This document shows positions 32,620 to 41,560 of a stretch of DNA of 64,000 nucleotides, in pieces (position 1 is the first letter of the stretch; the number at the start of each line of letters is the position of its first letter). The position numbers and the translations under genes are program-made. A model generated the notes under the pieces. The model was not told where the DNA came from. It was given only the letters and a program-made list of their open reading frames with translations, and ran no database searches. Source of the DNA: an uncultured Chloroflexia bacterium (GTDB taxonomy: Bacteria > Chloroflexota > Limnocylindria > Limnocylindrales > CSP1-4); NCBI GenBank assembly GCA_963713095.1, contig CAVQKK010000003.1:1245339-1309338 (forward strand), read 5' to 3'.

Positions 32620-33045
32620 ATGCGTCTCGAGCTCACCAAGCGCGGCGACTACGCCGTCCGTGCCATGTTGGCCCTCGCCCGTGGAGCGGGCGGCGGCCTG
32701 CTGTCGGCACGCCGGATCGCGGACGCGATGCGGATCCCCGTTCGGTTCCTGCCGCAGGTGCTCGCCGATCTGCAGCGGGCTGGCCTCGTCGAGGCGGCGC
32801 CCGGACGGGCGGGTGGCTACCGGCTCTCGCGTGATGCCGCGAGCATCAACCTGCTCGAGGTGATCGAGGCTGTTGAGGGAGACAGCCGGCGCCGAACCTG
32901 CGTGCTGCGAGGCAGCCCGTGCGGCTCCGACGGGCATTGCGACGTGCACGATGTGTTCTTCCGCGGCCAGGAAGCGATGCTCGCGACCCTGGGGGCGGAG
33001 ACGCTGGCAGACCTCGCCGGCGCCGGTGGGGCCACGCGCGGCTAG
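32620..33045 (+). CDS. Rrf2-family transcriptional regulator with three-Cys cluster-binding motif (NsrR/IscR-like)
   Basis: MRLELTKRGDYAVRAMLALA HTH; CVLRGSPCGSDGHC C-x5-C-x5-C pattern. Confidence 0.7.
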   Translation: MRLELTKRGDYAVRAMLALARGAGGGLLSARRIADAMRIPVRFLPQVLADLQRAGLVEAAPGRAGGYRLSRDAASINLLEVIEAVEGDSRRRTCVLRGSPCGSDGHCDVHDVFFRGQEAMLATLGAETLADLAGAGGATRG

Positions 33046-34121
33046 CGTTCAGGTTCCGTCGCCTCCGATGGCGGAGACCCGAGCACCACGGTCGCTCGGG
33101 AGCTCGTGTCGACCTCGAGCCGGAAGATGTCGGGTCGGCCGTAGTGACCGACGACGTCGAGATCGAACGATGCCCGATCCAGGTCGCCGAGATCGAGATC
33201 GGCGATGAGCACCGCCTCACCGTCCCGTGCCGGACCGGCCAGCACCCGGCCCATGGGGTCGACGATGCAGCTGCCGCCGCCGATCAGCACGGCATCGGGA
33301 TCCCCGGTCTCGACCGGATAGTCGGGCGGGTAGGCCGAGCGGCGGGTGAACTGGCAGGCCGAAAGCACGAAGCAGCGACCCTCGAGCGCGATGTGGCGCA
33401 TCGTCGGGAGCCAGGTCTCGCGATCGTCCACCGTCGGGGCGCAATAGAGCTGCACGCCCTGGCTGTACATCGCGAGCCGCAGCTGCGGCATGTAGTTCTC
33501 CCAGCAGATGACCGCGCCCACCCGCCCCACCGCCGTCTCGACAACCGGCAGCGTGGACCCGTCACCGAACCCCCAGATCAGGCGCTCCATCGCCGTCGGC
33601 ATCACCTTTCGATGCTTGCCCAGCAGGCTGCCGTCCGGTCCCAGCAACAGCGCCGTGCAGTACAGCGTTCCCCGGTCCCGCTCGATGACCCCCACCACCA
33701 TGACCAAGCCGCATGACCGTGCGATCCCGCCCAGCTGCCCGGCAACCGGACCGGGGACATCGATCGCGCCGGCCATGTAGCGCCGGAACCACTCGCGGCC
33801 CTCCTGGCTGCGCGACCCAACCCTCGCGCCGAAGTCGGCTCCCTTCGGGTAGCCGCCGACGAACGCTTCCGGAAAGACGACGATGCCCGCTCCGCTCGCC
33901 GCGGCGCGGCCGGCAAGCTCGGCGACCCGCTCGACGGTGCGCTCGGTGTCGAAGGCGGCAGGGGCCGCCTGGACGACGGCTGCTCGCAGTGGGCTGACGG
34001 GGGCCAAGATCGACTCCTCTGGCGGTGCGCCAATCATCCCACCCGGGGCGTCGTCGATCGCAGCACAGGTCCGCCTCGCCTGGTCTCGAGGACCTTGGAT
34101 GAGGCCGCCTGGCCCGGCCAC
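33042..34121 (-). CDS. nitrilase/cyanide-hydratase family carbon-nitrogen hydrolase
   Basis: catalytic E-K-C triad contexts: VVFPEAFVGGYP, HRKVMPT, VICWENYMP; 4-nt overlap with the Rrf2 gene end. Confidence 0.8.
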   Translation of the reverse strand: MAGPGGLIQGPRDQARRTCAAIDDAPGGMIGAPPEESILAPVSPLRAAVVQAAPAAFDTERTVERVAELAGRAAASGAGIVVFPEAFVGGYPKGADFGARVGSRSQEGREWFRRYMAGAIDVPGPVAGQLGGIARSCGLVMVVGVIERDRGTLYCTALLLGPDGSLLGKHRKVMPTAMERLIWGFGDGSTLPVVETAVGRVGAVICWENYMPQLRLAMYSQGVQLYCAPTVDDRETWLPTMRHIALEGRCFVLSACQFTRRSAYPPDYPVETGDPDAVLIGGGSCIVDPMGRVLAGPARDGEAVLIADLDLGDLDRASFDLDVVGHYGRPDIFRLEVDTSSRATVVLGSPPSEATEPER

Positions 34122-34135
34122 AACGGTCGCATCGT

Positions 34136-34180
34136 CACAGTCATAATATGCAGTAAGTTAGTAATGATTTCCAGAGCGCA
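34136..34180 (+). promoter_or_regulatory. AT-rich island (CATAATATGCAGTAAGTTAGTAATGATTTCC) upstream of nirK; candidate promoter or Rrf2 operator
   Basis: only strongly AT-rich patch in this region of a 70% GC sequence; 60 nt upstream of the nirK RBS AAGGAGG. Confidence 0.3.
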
Positions 34181-34236
34181 CCGAGCCCCCCGACCGCCAC
34201 CCCCAGGACCCGGCACAGCAAGGAGGTAGAACCCCG

Positions 34237-35547
34237 ATGTCTGCCCATGACGGCCAGCCACTCGCAGCCCCGACCGATCGACGGCTGAGCCGCCGCGACC
34301 TCCTTCGTGGGGCGTCCCTCGCGGCCGGCGCATCGAGTGTGGCGCTCCTGGCGGCCTGCGCACCTGCGGCTGCACCCCAGTGGACGTTCGGGCCGAACGC
34401 ACAGCCCGCGGGATCCGGAGCTCCGGCGGCGGCTGGCTCGACTCCAACCGCGACTCCAACTGCGCTTCCGGCCAGCGCCCCGCCGGCGGCCGCCCCGTCG
34501 GAGACCCCGGCAACCTCGTCGAGCCAGCCGGCCAAGGCCGTCACGGTGGACGAGATCTCGCGCCACCCGAGCGAGCTCCCCCGGTCAGCCGACTTCGCGC
34601 TCTACGAGGATGGGACGTACCAGAGGCAGACGAGGCGCAACGGGCCCATGAACCACGAAGTCCACTTCACGACCCGCGAGGTCGTGGCCGAGGTGGTGCC
34701 GGGCACGACCATGGACTTCTGGACCTTCGACGGGCGCATCCCGGGTCCAATGATCCGGGCCCGGGTGGGTGACACGGTCGACTTCTTGCTCAGCAACGAC
34801 CCCGGCAACTCGATGCCCCACAACGTGGACTTCCACGCCGTGACCGGCCCCGGGGGAGGCTCGGTCAGCCTGGACACGCTGCCCGGCAACGAGAGCGAGC
34901 TCAAGGTCAAGCTGCTCCATCCGGGCATCTTCATCTACCACTGCGCCTTCCCAGACATCCCGATGCACATCTCCCATGGTATGTACGGGCTGGTCGTGGT
35001 CGAGCCGGCTGCCGGCCTGCCGGCGGTCGATCACGAGTACTTCCTGATGCAGAGCGAGTTCTACACGACGCTCGGGGCGCAGAAGGCGCATGCTCAGCTG
35101 CACGACGCTGGCCATCTCACGTTCTCGCCCGAGCTGGGCAACGAGGAGCGACCGACCTTCGTCGTGTTCAACGGGCGCCCTGACTCGATCGTGGGCGACC
35201 GCTCCCTGGGCACCTTCGACAACGAGATCCGGACCGGCGACAAGGTCCGCCTGTTCGTCGGCAACATCGGCCCCAACCTCGTGTCGAGCTTCCACGTGAT
35301 CGGCGAGATCTTCGACACCGTCTACGTGGAGGGTTCGTTTGCCTTGGAGAACCACAGCGTCCAGTCGACCGTGGTCTCGTCCGGCGGTGCCGTGGGCGTC
35401 GAGTTCAAGGTCGAGGTGCCGGGCACGTACGTGATCGTCGACCATTCGATCTTCCGGACCCACAAGGGAGCGCTCGGCACGCTGGCGGTCACCGGCCCGG
35501 CGGCGCCCGACATCTACGACCCGGTCAAGTTCGACAAGATCCGCTGA
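34237..35547 (+). CDS. nirK: copper-containing nitrite reductase NirK, Tat-exported, with Pro/Ala-rich N-terminal linker
   Basis: twin-arginine signal SRRDLLRGASLAAGA; cupredoxin motifs HNVDFHAVTG (T2Cu His) and IYHCAFPDIPMHISHGMYG (T1Cu His-Cys...His...Met). Confidence 0.8.
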   Translation: MSAHDGQPLAAPTDRRLSRRDLLRGASLAAGASSVALLAACAPAAAPQWTFGPNAQPAGSGAPAAAGSTPTATPTALPASAPPAAAPSETPATSSSQPAKAVTVDEISRHPSELPRSADFALYEDGTYQRQTRRNGPMNHEVHFTTREVVAEVVPGTTMDFWTFDGRIPGPMIRARVGDTVDFLLSNDPGNSMPHNVDFHAVTGPGGGSVSLDTLPGNESELKVKLLHPGIFIYHCAFPDIPMHISHGMYGLVVVEPAAGLPAVDHEYFLMQSEFYTTLGAQKAHAQLHDAGHLTFSPELGNEERPTFVVFNGRPDSIVGDRSLGTFDNEIRTGDKVRLFVGNIGPNLVSSFHVIGEIFDTVYVEGSFALENHSVQSTVVSSGGAVGVEFKVEVPGTYVIVDHSIFRTHKGALGTLAVTGPAAPDIYDPVKFDKIR

Positions 35548-35557
35548 TCGCCGCAGA

Positions 35558-36898
35558 TCAGATCACGCCGGCCAGCGTCAGGCGCTCGATCTCGTCGGCG
35601 CCGTACCCGAGCTCGGCCAGGATCTCCCGGGAATGCTCGCCCAGCAGCGGAGGCGCAGTCCGGATCGAGGCTGGCGTCGCCGACAGCTCGAATGGCAGCC
35701 CGACCTGGTGGATCGGCCCCATCACCGGGTGGTCCACGTCGACCGCCATTCGGCGCGCCCGGGCCTGCGGGGCATCGAACGCGGCCACGATGTCGTTGAT
35801 CGGTCCGCAGGGGATCTCCGCGGCGTCGAGCATGTCCAGCCACGCCCCCGTGGTTCGGGTCAGGAACCGCTCGGCCAGGATGGGCCGGAGGTCGGTGCGC
35901 CGCTCGACCCGGTCCCCGTTGGTGGCGAACCGGGGATCGGCGGCAAGCTCGGGCAGCCCGATGCCCTCACACAGCCGCGGCCACTGGCGCTCGCTGCCGA
36001 CCGCGAGTGCCAGCTCGCCGTCCCGCGTCTGGAATGTCTCGTACGGCACGATCGTGGGGTGGGCGTTCCCCAGCCGGCCGGGCGCGTTCCCGGTCACGAA
36101 CGCGTTCTGGGCCTGGTTCACCAGCACGGCCAGGGTGGATTCGAGCAGCGAGACATCGATCCGCTGGCCGCCGGCGAATGCCGGGCCGCCGGCGAATGCC
36201 GGGCCGCCGGCGAATGCCGGGCCGCTCGTGCCGGCATGGGTGCCCGCGTGCGCCGCCGGGGTTCGGCCGCGTGCGACCAGAGCCGCGAGCACCGACACCG
36301 CGCCGAACAGCCCGGTCACGACGTCGCTGATCGCCACCCCCACCTTGGTCGGTCGCCCACCGTCCTCGTCGGTCGACCCGGTGATCGACATCAGCCCGCC
36401 GACGGCCTGGATCACGAAGTCGTAGCCGGGCTTGGCCGCATCCGGTCCGTCGGGTCCGAAGCCCGAGATGGCGAGGTGGACGAGCGCCGGGTTGATTGCC
36501 GCCAGCGCCTCGTCGCCGAAGCCGAGGCGCTCGAGACGGCCGACCCGGAAGTTCTCCACGAGCACGTCACCGGTCGCCACGAGCCGGCGAAGCACGCCCC
36601 GTCCACCATCGCCCCGCAGATCGAGCCGGATCGAGCGCTTGTTTCTGTTGACCGCGAGGTAGTAGGCGGCCGTCCGCGTCCGATCGGCAGCGGATCCCAC
36701 CCACGGCGGCCCCCAGCCCCGCGTGCCGTCGCCCTCGGGTGGCTCGACCTTGACGACATCAGCACCGAGGTCGGCGAGCAGCATCGTGCAGAAGGGCCCG
36801 GCCAGCACGGTCGAGCAGTCGATGACGCGAAGACCGTCGAGCGGTCCGGGCACGGCAGGTTCGGGCGCGGCAGGTTCGGGCGCGGCAGGTTCGGGCAT
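35558..36898 (-). CDS. family III CoA-transferase (CaiB/BaiF/Frc-like)
   Basis: LDGLRVIDCSTVLAGPFCTMLLADLGADVVKVEPP and catalytic Asp context; carries two in-frame tandem repeat insertions. Confidence 0.85.
   Translation of the reverse strand: MPEPAAPEPAAPEPAVPGPLDGLRVIDCSTVLAGPFCTMLLADLGADVVKVEPPEGDGTRGWGPPWVGSAADRTRTAAYYLAVNRNKRSIRLDLRGDGGRGVLRRLVATGDVLVENFRVGRLERLGFGDEALAAINPALVHLAISGFGPDGPDAAKPGYDFVIQAVGGLMSITGSTDEDGGRPTKVGVAISDVVTGLFGAVSVLAALVARGRTPAAHAGTHAGTSGPAFAGGPAFAGGPAFAGGQRIDVSLLESTLAVLVNQAQNAFVTGNAPGRLGNAHPTIVPYETFQTRDGELALAVGSERQWPRLCEGIGLPELAADPRFATNGDRVERRTDLRPILAERFLTRTTGAWLDMLDAAEIPCGPINDIVAAFDAPQARARRMAVDVDHPVMGPIHQVGLPFELSATPASIRTAPPLLGEHSREILAELGYGADEIERLTLAGVI
36168..36221. 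repeat. 18-bp perfect tandem repeat x3 (CCGCCGGCGAATGCCGGG) inside the CoA-transferase gene, encoding (PAFAGG)3
   Basis: direct inspection. Confidence 0.9.
36851..36895. repeat. 15-bp tandem repeat x3 (GCGGCAGGTTCGGGC) at the 5' end of the CoA-transferase gene, encoding (PEPAA)3
   Basis: direct inspection. Confidence 0.9.
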
Positions 36899-36971
36899 CG
36901 AACCGATGGTAGCGAGGTGACCGGCGGCGCAGGCGGCGTTCCCAGGCGCGGCGCACCGATTGCTCGCGATC

Positions 36972-37493
36972 TCAGCCGGCGGCAGGCTCCGGGACGGTGA
37001 TGTCGGCGACCTGCGCCCGGGTCGCCTGCACCAGGTCCGCCGGCGCGACGTGGACGTTGACGCCGCGTGCCCCGCCGCCGATCGCGACGAGGCCTAGCCG
37101 CTCGATCGAGGCATCGGCGATGACCGGCCACGCCCTGGCCGCTCCGAACGGCGTGATGGCGCCCCGCTCGTAGCCGGTGATCGCCCTTGCCTCCTCCGCA
37201 TCGGGCAGGCTCAGGCGGTTGGTTCCCAGGAGTGCGCGGAGCTTGGGCCAGTCGAACCGCCGGCCACCCGGAACCAGCACGAACACGTAGTCGTCGGTGG
37301 CCCGCCGGACCAGGATGGTTCGGAGCAGCGAGCCGAGCGGGATGCCCTGCAACGCTGCGCTCTCCTCGGCGTTGCGGGCGAGCTTCGTACGGACGAGCCG
37401 GAACGGGATCCCGCTCGCCTCCAGGGCGTCGATCGCCGGCGAGCGGAACGGCTCGGCTGCGGCGTGGTCGGCCCCGGCGTGAGGATCAGCCAT
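36972..37493 (-). CDS. ybaK: YbaK/ProX-family aminoacyl-tRNA deacylase
   Basis: YbaK/EbsC domain similarity (VLVPGGRRFDWPKLRALLG...ITGYERGAITPFG). Confidence 0.7.
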   Translation of the reverse strand: MADPHAGADHAAAEPFRSPAIDALEASGIPFRLVRTKLARNAEESAALQGIPLGSLLRTILVRRATDDYVFVLVPGGRRFDWPKLRALLGTNRLSLPDAEEARAITGYERGAITPFGAARAWPVIADASIERLGLVAIGGGARGVNVHVAPADLVQATRAQVADITVPEPAAG

Positions 37494-37644
37494 TGACTGG
37501 CAGGGTAGCGCGGGACGACCGCTGCGGCCGAACCTGACGTAGCGCTGGGCGGCCCGCAGCGCTCGGAGTCGGATTGTCGAAGGGAGAGCGTCGCTCGTGC
37601 ATTGAGCCGTCCGCGGCGGCGACGCGAGCGCCGGACACCTCGTC

Positions 37645-37899
37645 CTAGGGTGCCATCGACTCGGGTGCCATCGACTCGGGTGCCATCGACTCGGGTGCCA
37701 TCGACTCGGGTGCCATCGACTCGGGTGCCATCGACTCGGGTGCCATCGACTCGGGTGCCATCGACTCGGGTGCCATCGACGCTGCGGGCGTCGATGCGGG
37801 GCTCGTACACCCGGCGATCACGAGGGCGATGCCGACCACCGCGGTCGCAGCGATGCTTCGTGGGGCGGCGAGGGCGGGGCGGCGGATCGTTCGGATCAA
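37645..37899 (-). CDS. small lipoprotein whose mature part consists almost entirely of the pentapeptide repeat (MAPES)x8
   Basis: signal peptide with lipobox IAGC then TSPASTPAAS then MAPES x8 ending at the stop codon. Confidence 0.5.
   Translation of the reverse strand: MIRTIRRPALAAPRSIAATAVVGIALVIAGCTSPASTPAASMAPESMAPESMAPESMAPESMAPESMAPESMAPESMAPESMAP
37651..37780. repeat. 15-bp perfect tandem repeat (TGCCATCGACTCGGG) x8.7
   Basis: direct inspection; in frame within the lipoprotein ORF. Confidence 0.95.
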
Positions 37900-38049
37900 C
37901 GTGATGCCTCTTTCGCGTCGGGGGATGGGGGGCGGAGCTCGGCTCCGGGCGGCGAATGATCACCGGCCTTCGTGACGGCGCCGTGACGCCCTGTGACCGT
38001 CCTGTCATCGGGATCGGGGTCCGGCGGCGCCTCGCGCTACGATTCGTCC

Positions 38050-39045
38050 ATGAGCGAGTCGACGTCCCAACCCACCCCCCACGTCCCCACCCTGATGACC
38101 GTCCATGCTCATCCCGACGATGAGACGATCGGCACCGGCGGGACGATGGCGAAGACGGTTCGCGACGGCCGGCGGGTGGTCCTGATCACCTGCACCCGCG
38201 GCGAGATGGGCGAGATCGTCGTCCCCGAGCTCGACACGCCGGACAACCATCGACGCCTGGGCGAGACGAGGGCGGTGGAGCTCGAGCGCGCGATGGGGGC
38301 GCTCGGGGTCTTCGACTGGGACAACCTCGGTTATCGCGACTCAGACATGATGGGCCGCGCCGGCAACCAGGATCCGCGCTGCTTCTGGCAGGCGGACATC
38401 GACGAGGCCATCGGGCGGGCAACCTGGATGGTTCGCCGGTTCCAGCCCGACGTCATGACCACCTACAACGACTTCGGTGGGTACGGACACCCCGATCACA
38501 TCCGAAGCCACGTGGTGGCCGTGGGCGCGTTCGAGCGGGCCGGTGACCCCGCCTGGTATCCGGGGCAGCTCGCACCCGAGCATGGCGGCACCGGTCCGGA
38601 GGCGGACGCTGGTGGCCTCGCGCCGTGGACTCCCGCCAAGATCTACGAGCAGGCGATCCCAGCCTCCGTGCGCCAGGCGATGCAGGAGCGGCTGGAGGCG
38701 ATGGGCGAGCGCTCGTTCTGGTCGCCACCCGAGAACCCGACGCCCGAGGAGCAGGCCGAGTTCGAGGCGGCAATGGCGCGGATGCTGGTCCCCGACGATG
38801 CCATCACCGCCTGGATCGATGTGTCATCGGTCCTCGACCAGCGATGGGCGGCGATCAAGGCACACGTCACCCAGATCTCCGACGACAACCCGTTCGTGCG
38901 GTTCGGCAAGGAAGCGTGGGCCGAGTACTGGAACCGCGAGGCGTACATCCGGCGCGAATCGCGAGTCCCGGCACCGGATCTCGAACACGATCTGTTCGCG
39001 GGCCTCGAGGGTCGGTCGCCGGGGCCGTTCGGCTGGGGCAACTGA
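38050..39045 (+). CDS. PIG-L/LmbE-family N-acetylglucosaminyl deacetylase (MshB/Mca-like or BshB-like)
   Basis: VHAHPDDETIG zinc-binding motif plus HPDH second motif. Confidence 0.75.
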   Translation: MSESTSQPTPHVPTLMTVHAHPDDETIGTGGTMAKTVRDGRRVVLITCTRGEMGEIVVPELDTPDNHRRLGETRAVELERAMGALGVFDWDNLGYRDSDMMGRAGNQDPRCFWQADIDEAIGRATWMVRRFQPDVMTTYNDFGGYGHPDHIRSHVVAVGAFERAGDPAWYPGQLAPEHGGTGPEADAGGLAPWTPAKIYEQAIPASVRQAMQERLEAMGERSFWSPPENPTPEEQAEFEAAMARMLVPDDAITAWIDVSSVLDQRWAAIKAHVTQISDDNPFVRFGKEAWAEYWNREAYIRRESRVPAPDLEHDLFAGLEGRSPGPFGWGN

Positions 39046-39075
39046 CCCGCGTCCCGCCACCGCGGCAGCCGCAGA

Positions 39076-40830
39076 CTACCAGGGGAGCAGCCCCTTCGAC
39101 GCCCTGAACATCTGGCTCATGACCGCCTTCCCGTCGCCCGCGGGGTCGAGGAAGTTGGGCTGCGCCCGGCCGAGGATCAGGTGCGGGCGGATGCGGGCCT
39201 GAACGAGCCGGGTGCCGTCGAAGGTCAGCTCCAGCGTGATCCCCTCCATGGTCGGGATCGACCACGTCTGGTCGAACACGAAGTTGCCCAGCGCGTACCA
39301 GATCGGCTTGCCCTTGTAGACCTCCATCGCCTCCACCCAGTGCGGGTGGTTGCCGATGACCATGTCCGCGCCGGCGTCGATCGCCGCGTGGCCGAGCTTC
39401 TCCTGGAGCGCCGTCGGGGTCGCCCGGTACTCGATACCCCAGTGCGGGAACACGATCACGACGTCGGCGCCTGCCTTGCGCGCGGCTGCCACATCTCGCT
39501 TGAGGGCCGCGACGGTCATCCGGGCGCTGCCGGGGGTGCTCGGGCCCGACCTGTAGTAGGCAGCGATCGTGTCGTAGCCGAGCAGCCCGACCGTGACGTC
39601 GCCCACCTTGATCAGGGCGGCCTTGTGCGCCTCGGTCGTGTTTGCGCCGGCTCCTGAGTGAGCGATGCCGTACCTGTCGAGGTTGGCGGCCGTCTGGAGG
39701 ATCCCGTTGCGTCCCGCGTCACCGATGTGGTTGTTGGCCATGGAGACCCAGTCGATGCCGGCCGACTTGAGGACGGCGATGTTCTTCGGGTTCGCCGAGA
39801 ACACCGTCCCGTGATCGTGGAACCGCCAGCTGTTGGGAGCCGGGTTCTCGAAGTTGGCGATCGCGAGGTCCGCGCCCTTGACGAGCTGGCGAACGGCGCC
39901 CGCGTTGCCGGTCCGCTTCGTGTACGGCGTGTCCCAGCCGAACGGCGAGCAATTCCGGCAGATCCCGGTGATGTCGGCAGTGCCGCCGTCGAACGGGAAG
40001 TTCGTGCCATGCTTGCTTGCGTCGATCGCGAGCGAGACGCCGCGGTCGAGCAGAATGTCGCCGCCCGCGACCAGCGTCCACGCGGTCTTCGGGTCGTACG
40101 ACGGCGTCGCGTTCGCCTGAGCCCCCAGCCTTGCGGTGAGCGGCCAGGCCGAGAGCTTTGCGACGCGGTCCTCACCGAACATTGACTTCGAGCCCCACGC
40201 CAGGGCGCGGACCGACGGATCGACCTGGTCCGCACGCAGGAAGCCCGCCGTCGAACGGTGGGCGACGAGGTACGAGCCCAGCGCTGCGACGTCATCAACG
40301 GTCACCAGGCGCTTGCCGAAAGACCCGCGGTCCAGCTCGAGCGCGGCCAGGATCGGATCAGCATCCGCCCTGACCAGCACCAGCGCTTTGAGCGAGCCGC
40401 CGCCGCTCGCGATCGCGTCGATGTCGGCGGCGCGGATCGAGGTGCGCGTCGATCGGAAGTTCACGACCGGCACGATCGCGACATCCGTCGTCGTGGTTGA
40501 GGCGCCGGTCGGGGTCTGGGTGGAGGCATTCGGGCCGCTCACACCCGGCTCGCCCGTGGGGGTCACGGTTGAACCGCCGGAGTCCGGCGATGACGGCGGA
40601 GCCTCGGTCGCGAGCGCGACCGGTCCGGCTGCCGGCGGGGTCGGAGGGGCACCACCGGCGCCGAGCAGTCCCGAGGTGATCGCCAGCAGGACGATCAGCA
40701 CGAGCCCGACAAGGACCGTCCCGGGCAGGAAGCGCTTCGCCCGGGAGCGCGGACCTGCCGGAGGCGCGCCGGACGGGGCCGCGCTCTCGCTGCGGCGCCG
40801 CGGGTCGTAGGCAGGATCGCGCACACTCAC
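39076..40830 (-). CDS. capA: CapA/PGA_cap-family metallophosphatase-like protein, membrane anchored with Pro/Thr-rich linker
   Basis: N-terminal TM helix; low-complexity PTPPAAGP...TPTGAST linker; PGA_cap block GDxxxxRG...ANFENP...ANNH...GIAHSGAG...FPHWGIEY...GNHPHW. Confidence 0.8.
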   Translation of the reverse strand: MSVRDPAYDPRRRSESAAPSGAPPAGPRSRAKRFLPGTVLVGLVLIVLLAITSGLLGAGGAPPTPPAAGPVALATEAPPSSPDSGGSTVTPTGEPGVSGPNASTQTPTGASTTTTDVAIVPVVNFRSTRTSIRAADIDAIASGGGSLKALVLVRADADPILAALELDRGSFGKRLVTVDDVAALGSYLVAHRSTAGFLRADQVDPSVRALAWGSKSMFGEDRVAKLSAWPLTARLGAQANATPSYDPKTAWTLVAGGDILLDRGVSLAIDASKHGTNFPFDGGTADITGICRNCSPFGWDTPYTKRTGNAGAVRQLVKGADLAIANFENPAPNSWRFHDHGTVFSANPKNIAVLKSAGIDWVSMANNHIGDAGRNGILQTAANLDRYGIAHSGAGANTTEAHKAALIKVGDVTVGLLGYDTIAAYYRSGPSTPGSARMTVAALKRDVAAARKAGADVVIVFPHWGIEYRATPTALQEKLGHAAIDAGADMVIGNHPHWVEAMEVYKGKPIWYALGNFVFDQTWSIPTMEGITLELTFDGTRLVQARIRPHLILGRAQPNFLDPAGDGKAVMSQMFRASKGLLPW

Positions 40831-41034
40831 GCGCGCAGGGTAGCCGACGCGATGTCACCTTCGCCTGTGAGGGGCATGACCGCAAGGTCACCCGAAGTGG
40901 CGGATCGTTCGCGGTTCCAGTCGAGCCGGCGGGATTCCGCGATGGTCACGGTGCCGGCGAGCCCGCCGCCCCAGCCCAGCAACGAACCTGGCGGGCCGAG
41001 CAGCCCGATCCCGAAACGGGCTGCGGGCGAGCCG

Positions 41035-41143
41035 ACCATCGCGTTCCGCGTCGACGACTGCCAGGTGGTCCAGTGGTTCATCGCCCGCGGCCTCGGGGTC
41101 ACCCTGCTGCCGGCCCTCGCGCTGCATCCCCGCCATTCCGAGG
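41035..41143 (+). pseudogene. possible remnant of a LysR-family regulator C-terminus
   Basis: only a 35-aa segment TIAFRVDDCQVVQWFIARGLGVTLLPALAL resembles the LysR substrate-domain C-terminus; no upstream HTH. Confidence 0.25.
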
Positions 41144-41314
41144 GTAGCCGTAAGCCGTACGCAGGCCCAAGGATCCCGCGCTGGGGCGGGCGGTGTTCGC
41201 GGGACGGCGTCGTGGCGCCCCGGCCGAGCCGGCGGTGCATTCGTTCCTCACGACCCTCGTGGAAGCGGCGCGGAAGGAGGGTGGCCCGCAGGGGAAGCCA
41301 AGCGGGCAGAGGAA

Positions 41315-41342
41315 CGCCCCGTCCGGGCGGGCGGACGGGGCG
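41315..41342 (-). terminator. perfect 11-bp-stem hairpin (CGCCCCGTCCG/CGGACGGGGCG) 20 nt downstream of tRNA-Asp
   Basis: direct inspection. Confidence 0.4.
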
Positions 41343-41363
41343 TGGGAAGAATCGGGTTTGCTG

Positions 41364-41440
41364 ATGGCGGACCCGACCGGATTCGAACCGGCGATCTCCA
41401 GCGTGACAGGCTGGCATGTTGGGCCGCTACACCACGGGTC
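41364..41440 (-). tRNA. tRNA-Asp (GTC)
   Basis: manual cloverleaf: acceptor GGACCCG/CGGGTCC, anticodon arm CCAGC-CTGTCAC-GCTGG, T-loop GGTTCGAATCC, discriminator G plus encoded CCA; close to the E. coli tRNA-Asp anticodon arm. Confidence 0.85.
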
Positions 41441-41560
41441 CGCGGTCGGTGGCGGATCATAGCAGGCGACTCCCTCGGCCGCCAACGGCGCGCTCGCCGT
41501 GAGTTGCACCTGCCGCCGTTCGCGGCCTGCCTCATGGACCCGCGCTATGCTCGCCGGGCC

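Noticed and set aside
37651-37780. possible CRISPR array
   Set aside because: The 15-bp units are perfectly contiguous with no spacers and are in frame within a lipoprotein ORF; this is a coding tandem repeat, not CRISPR.
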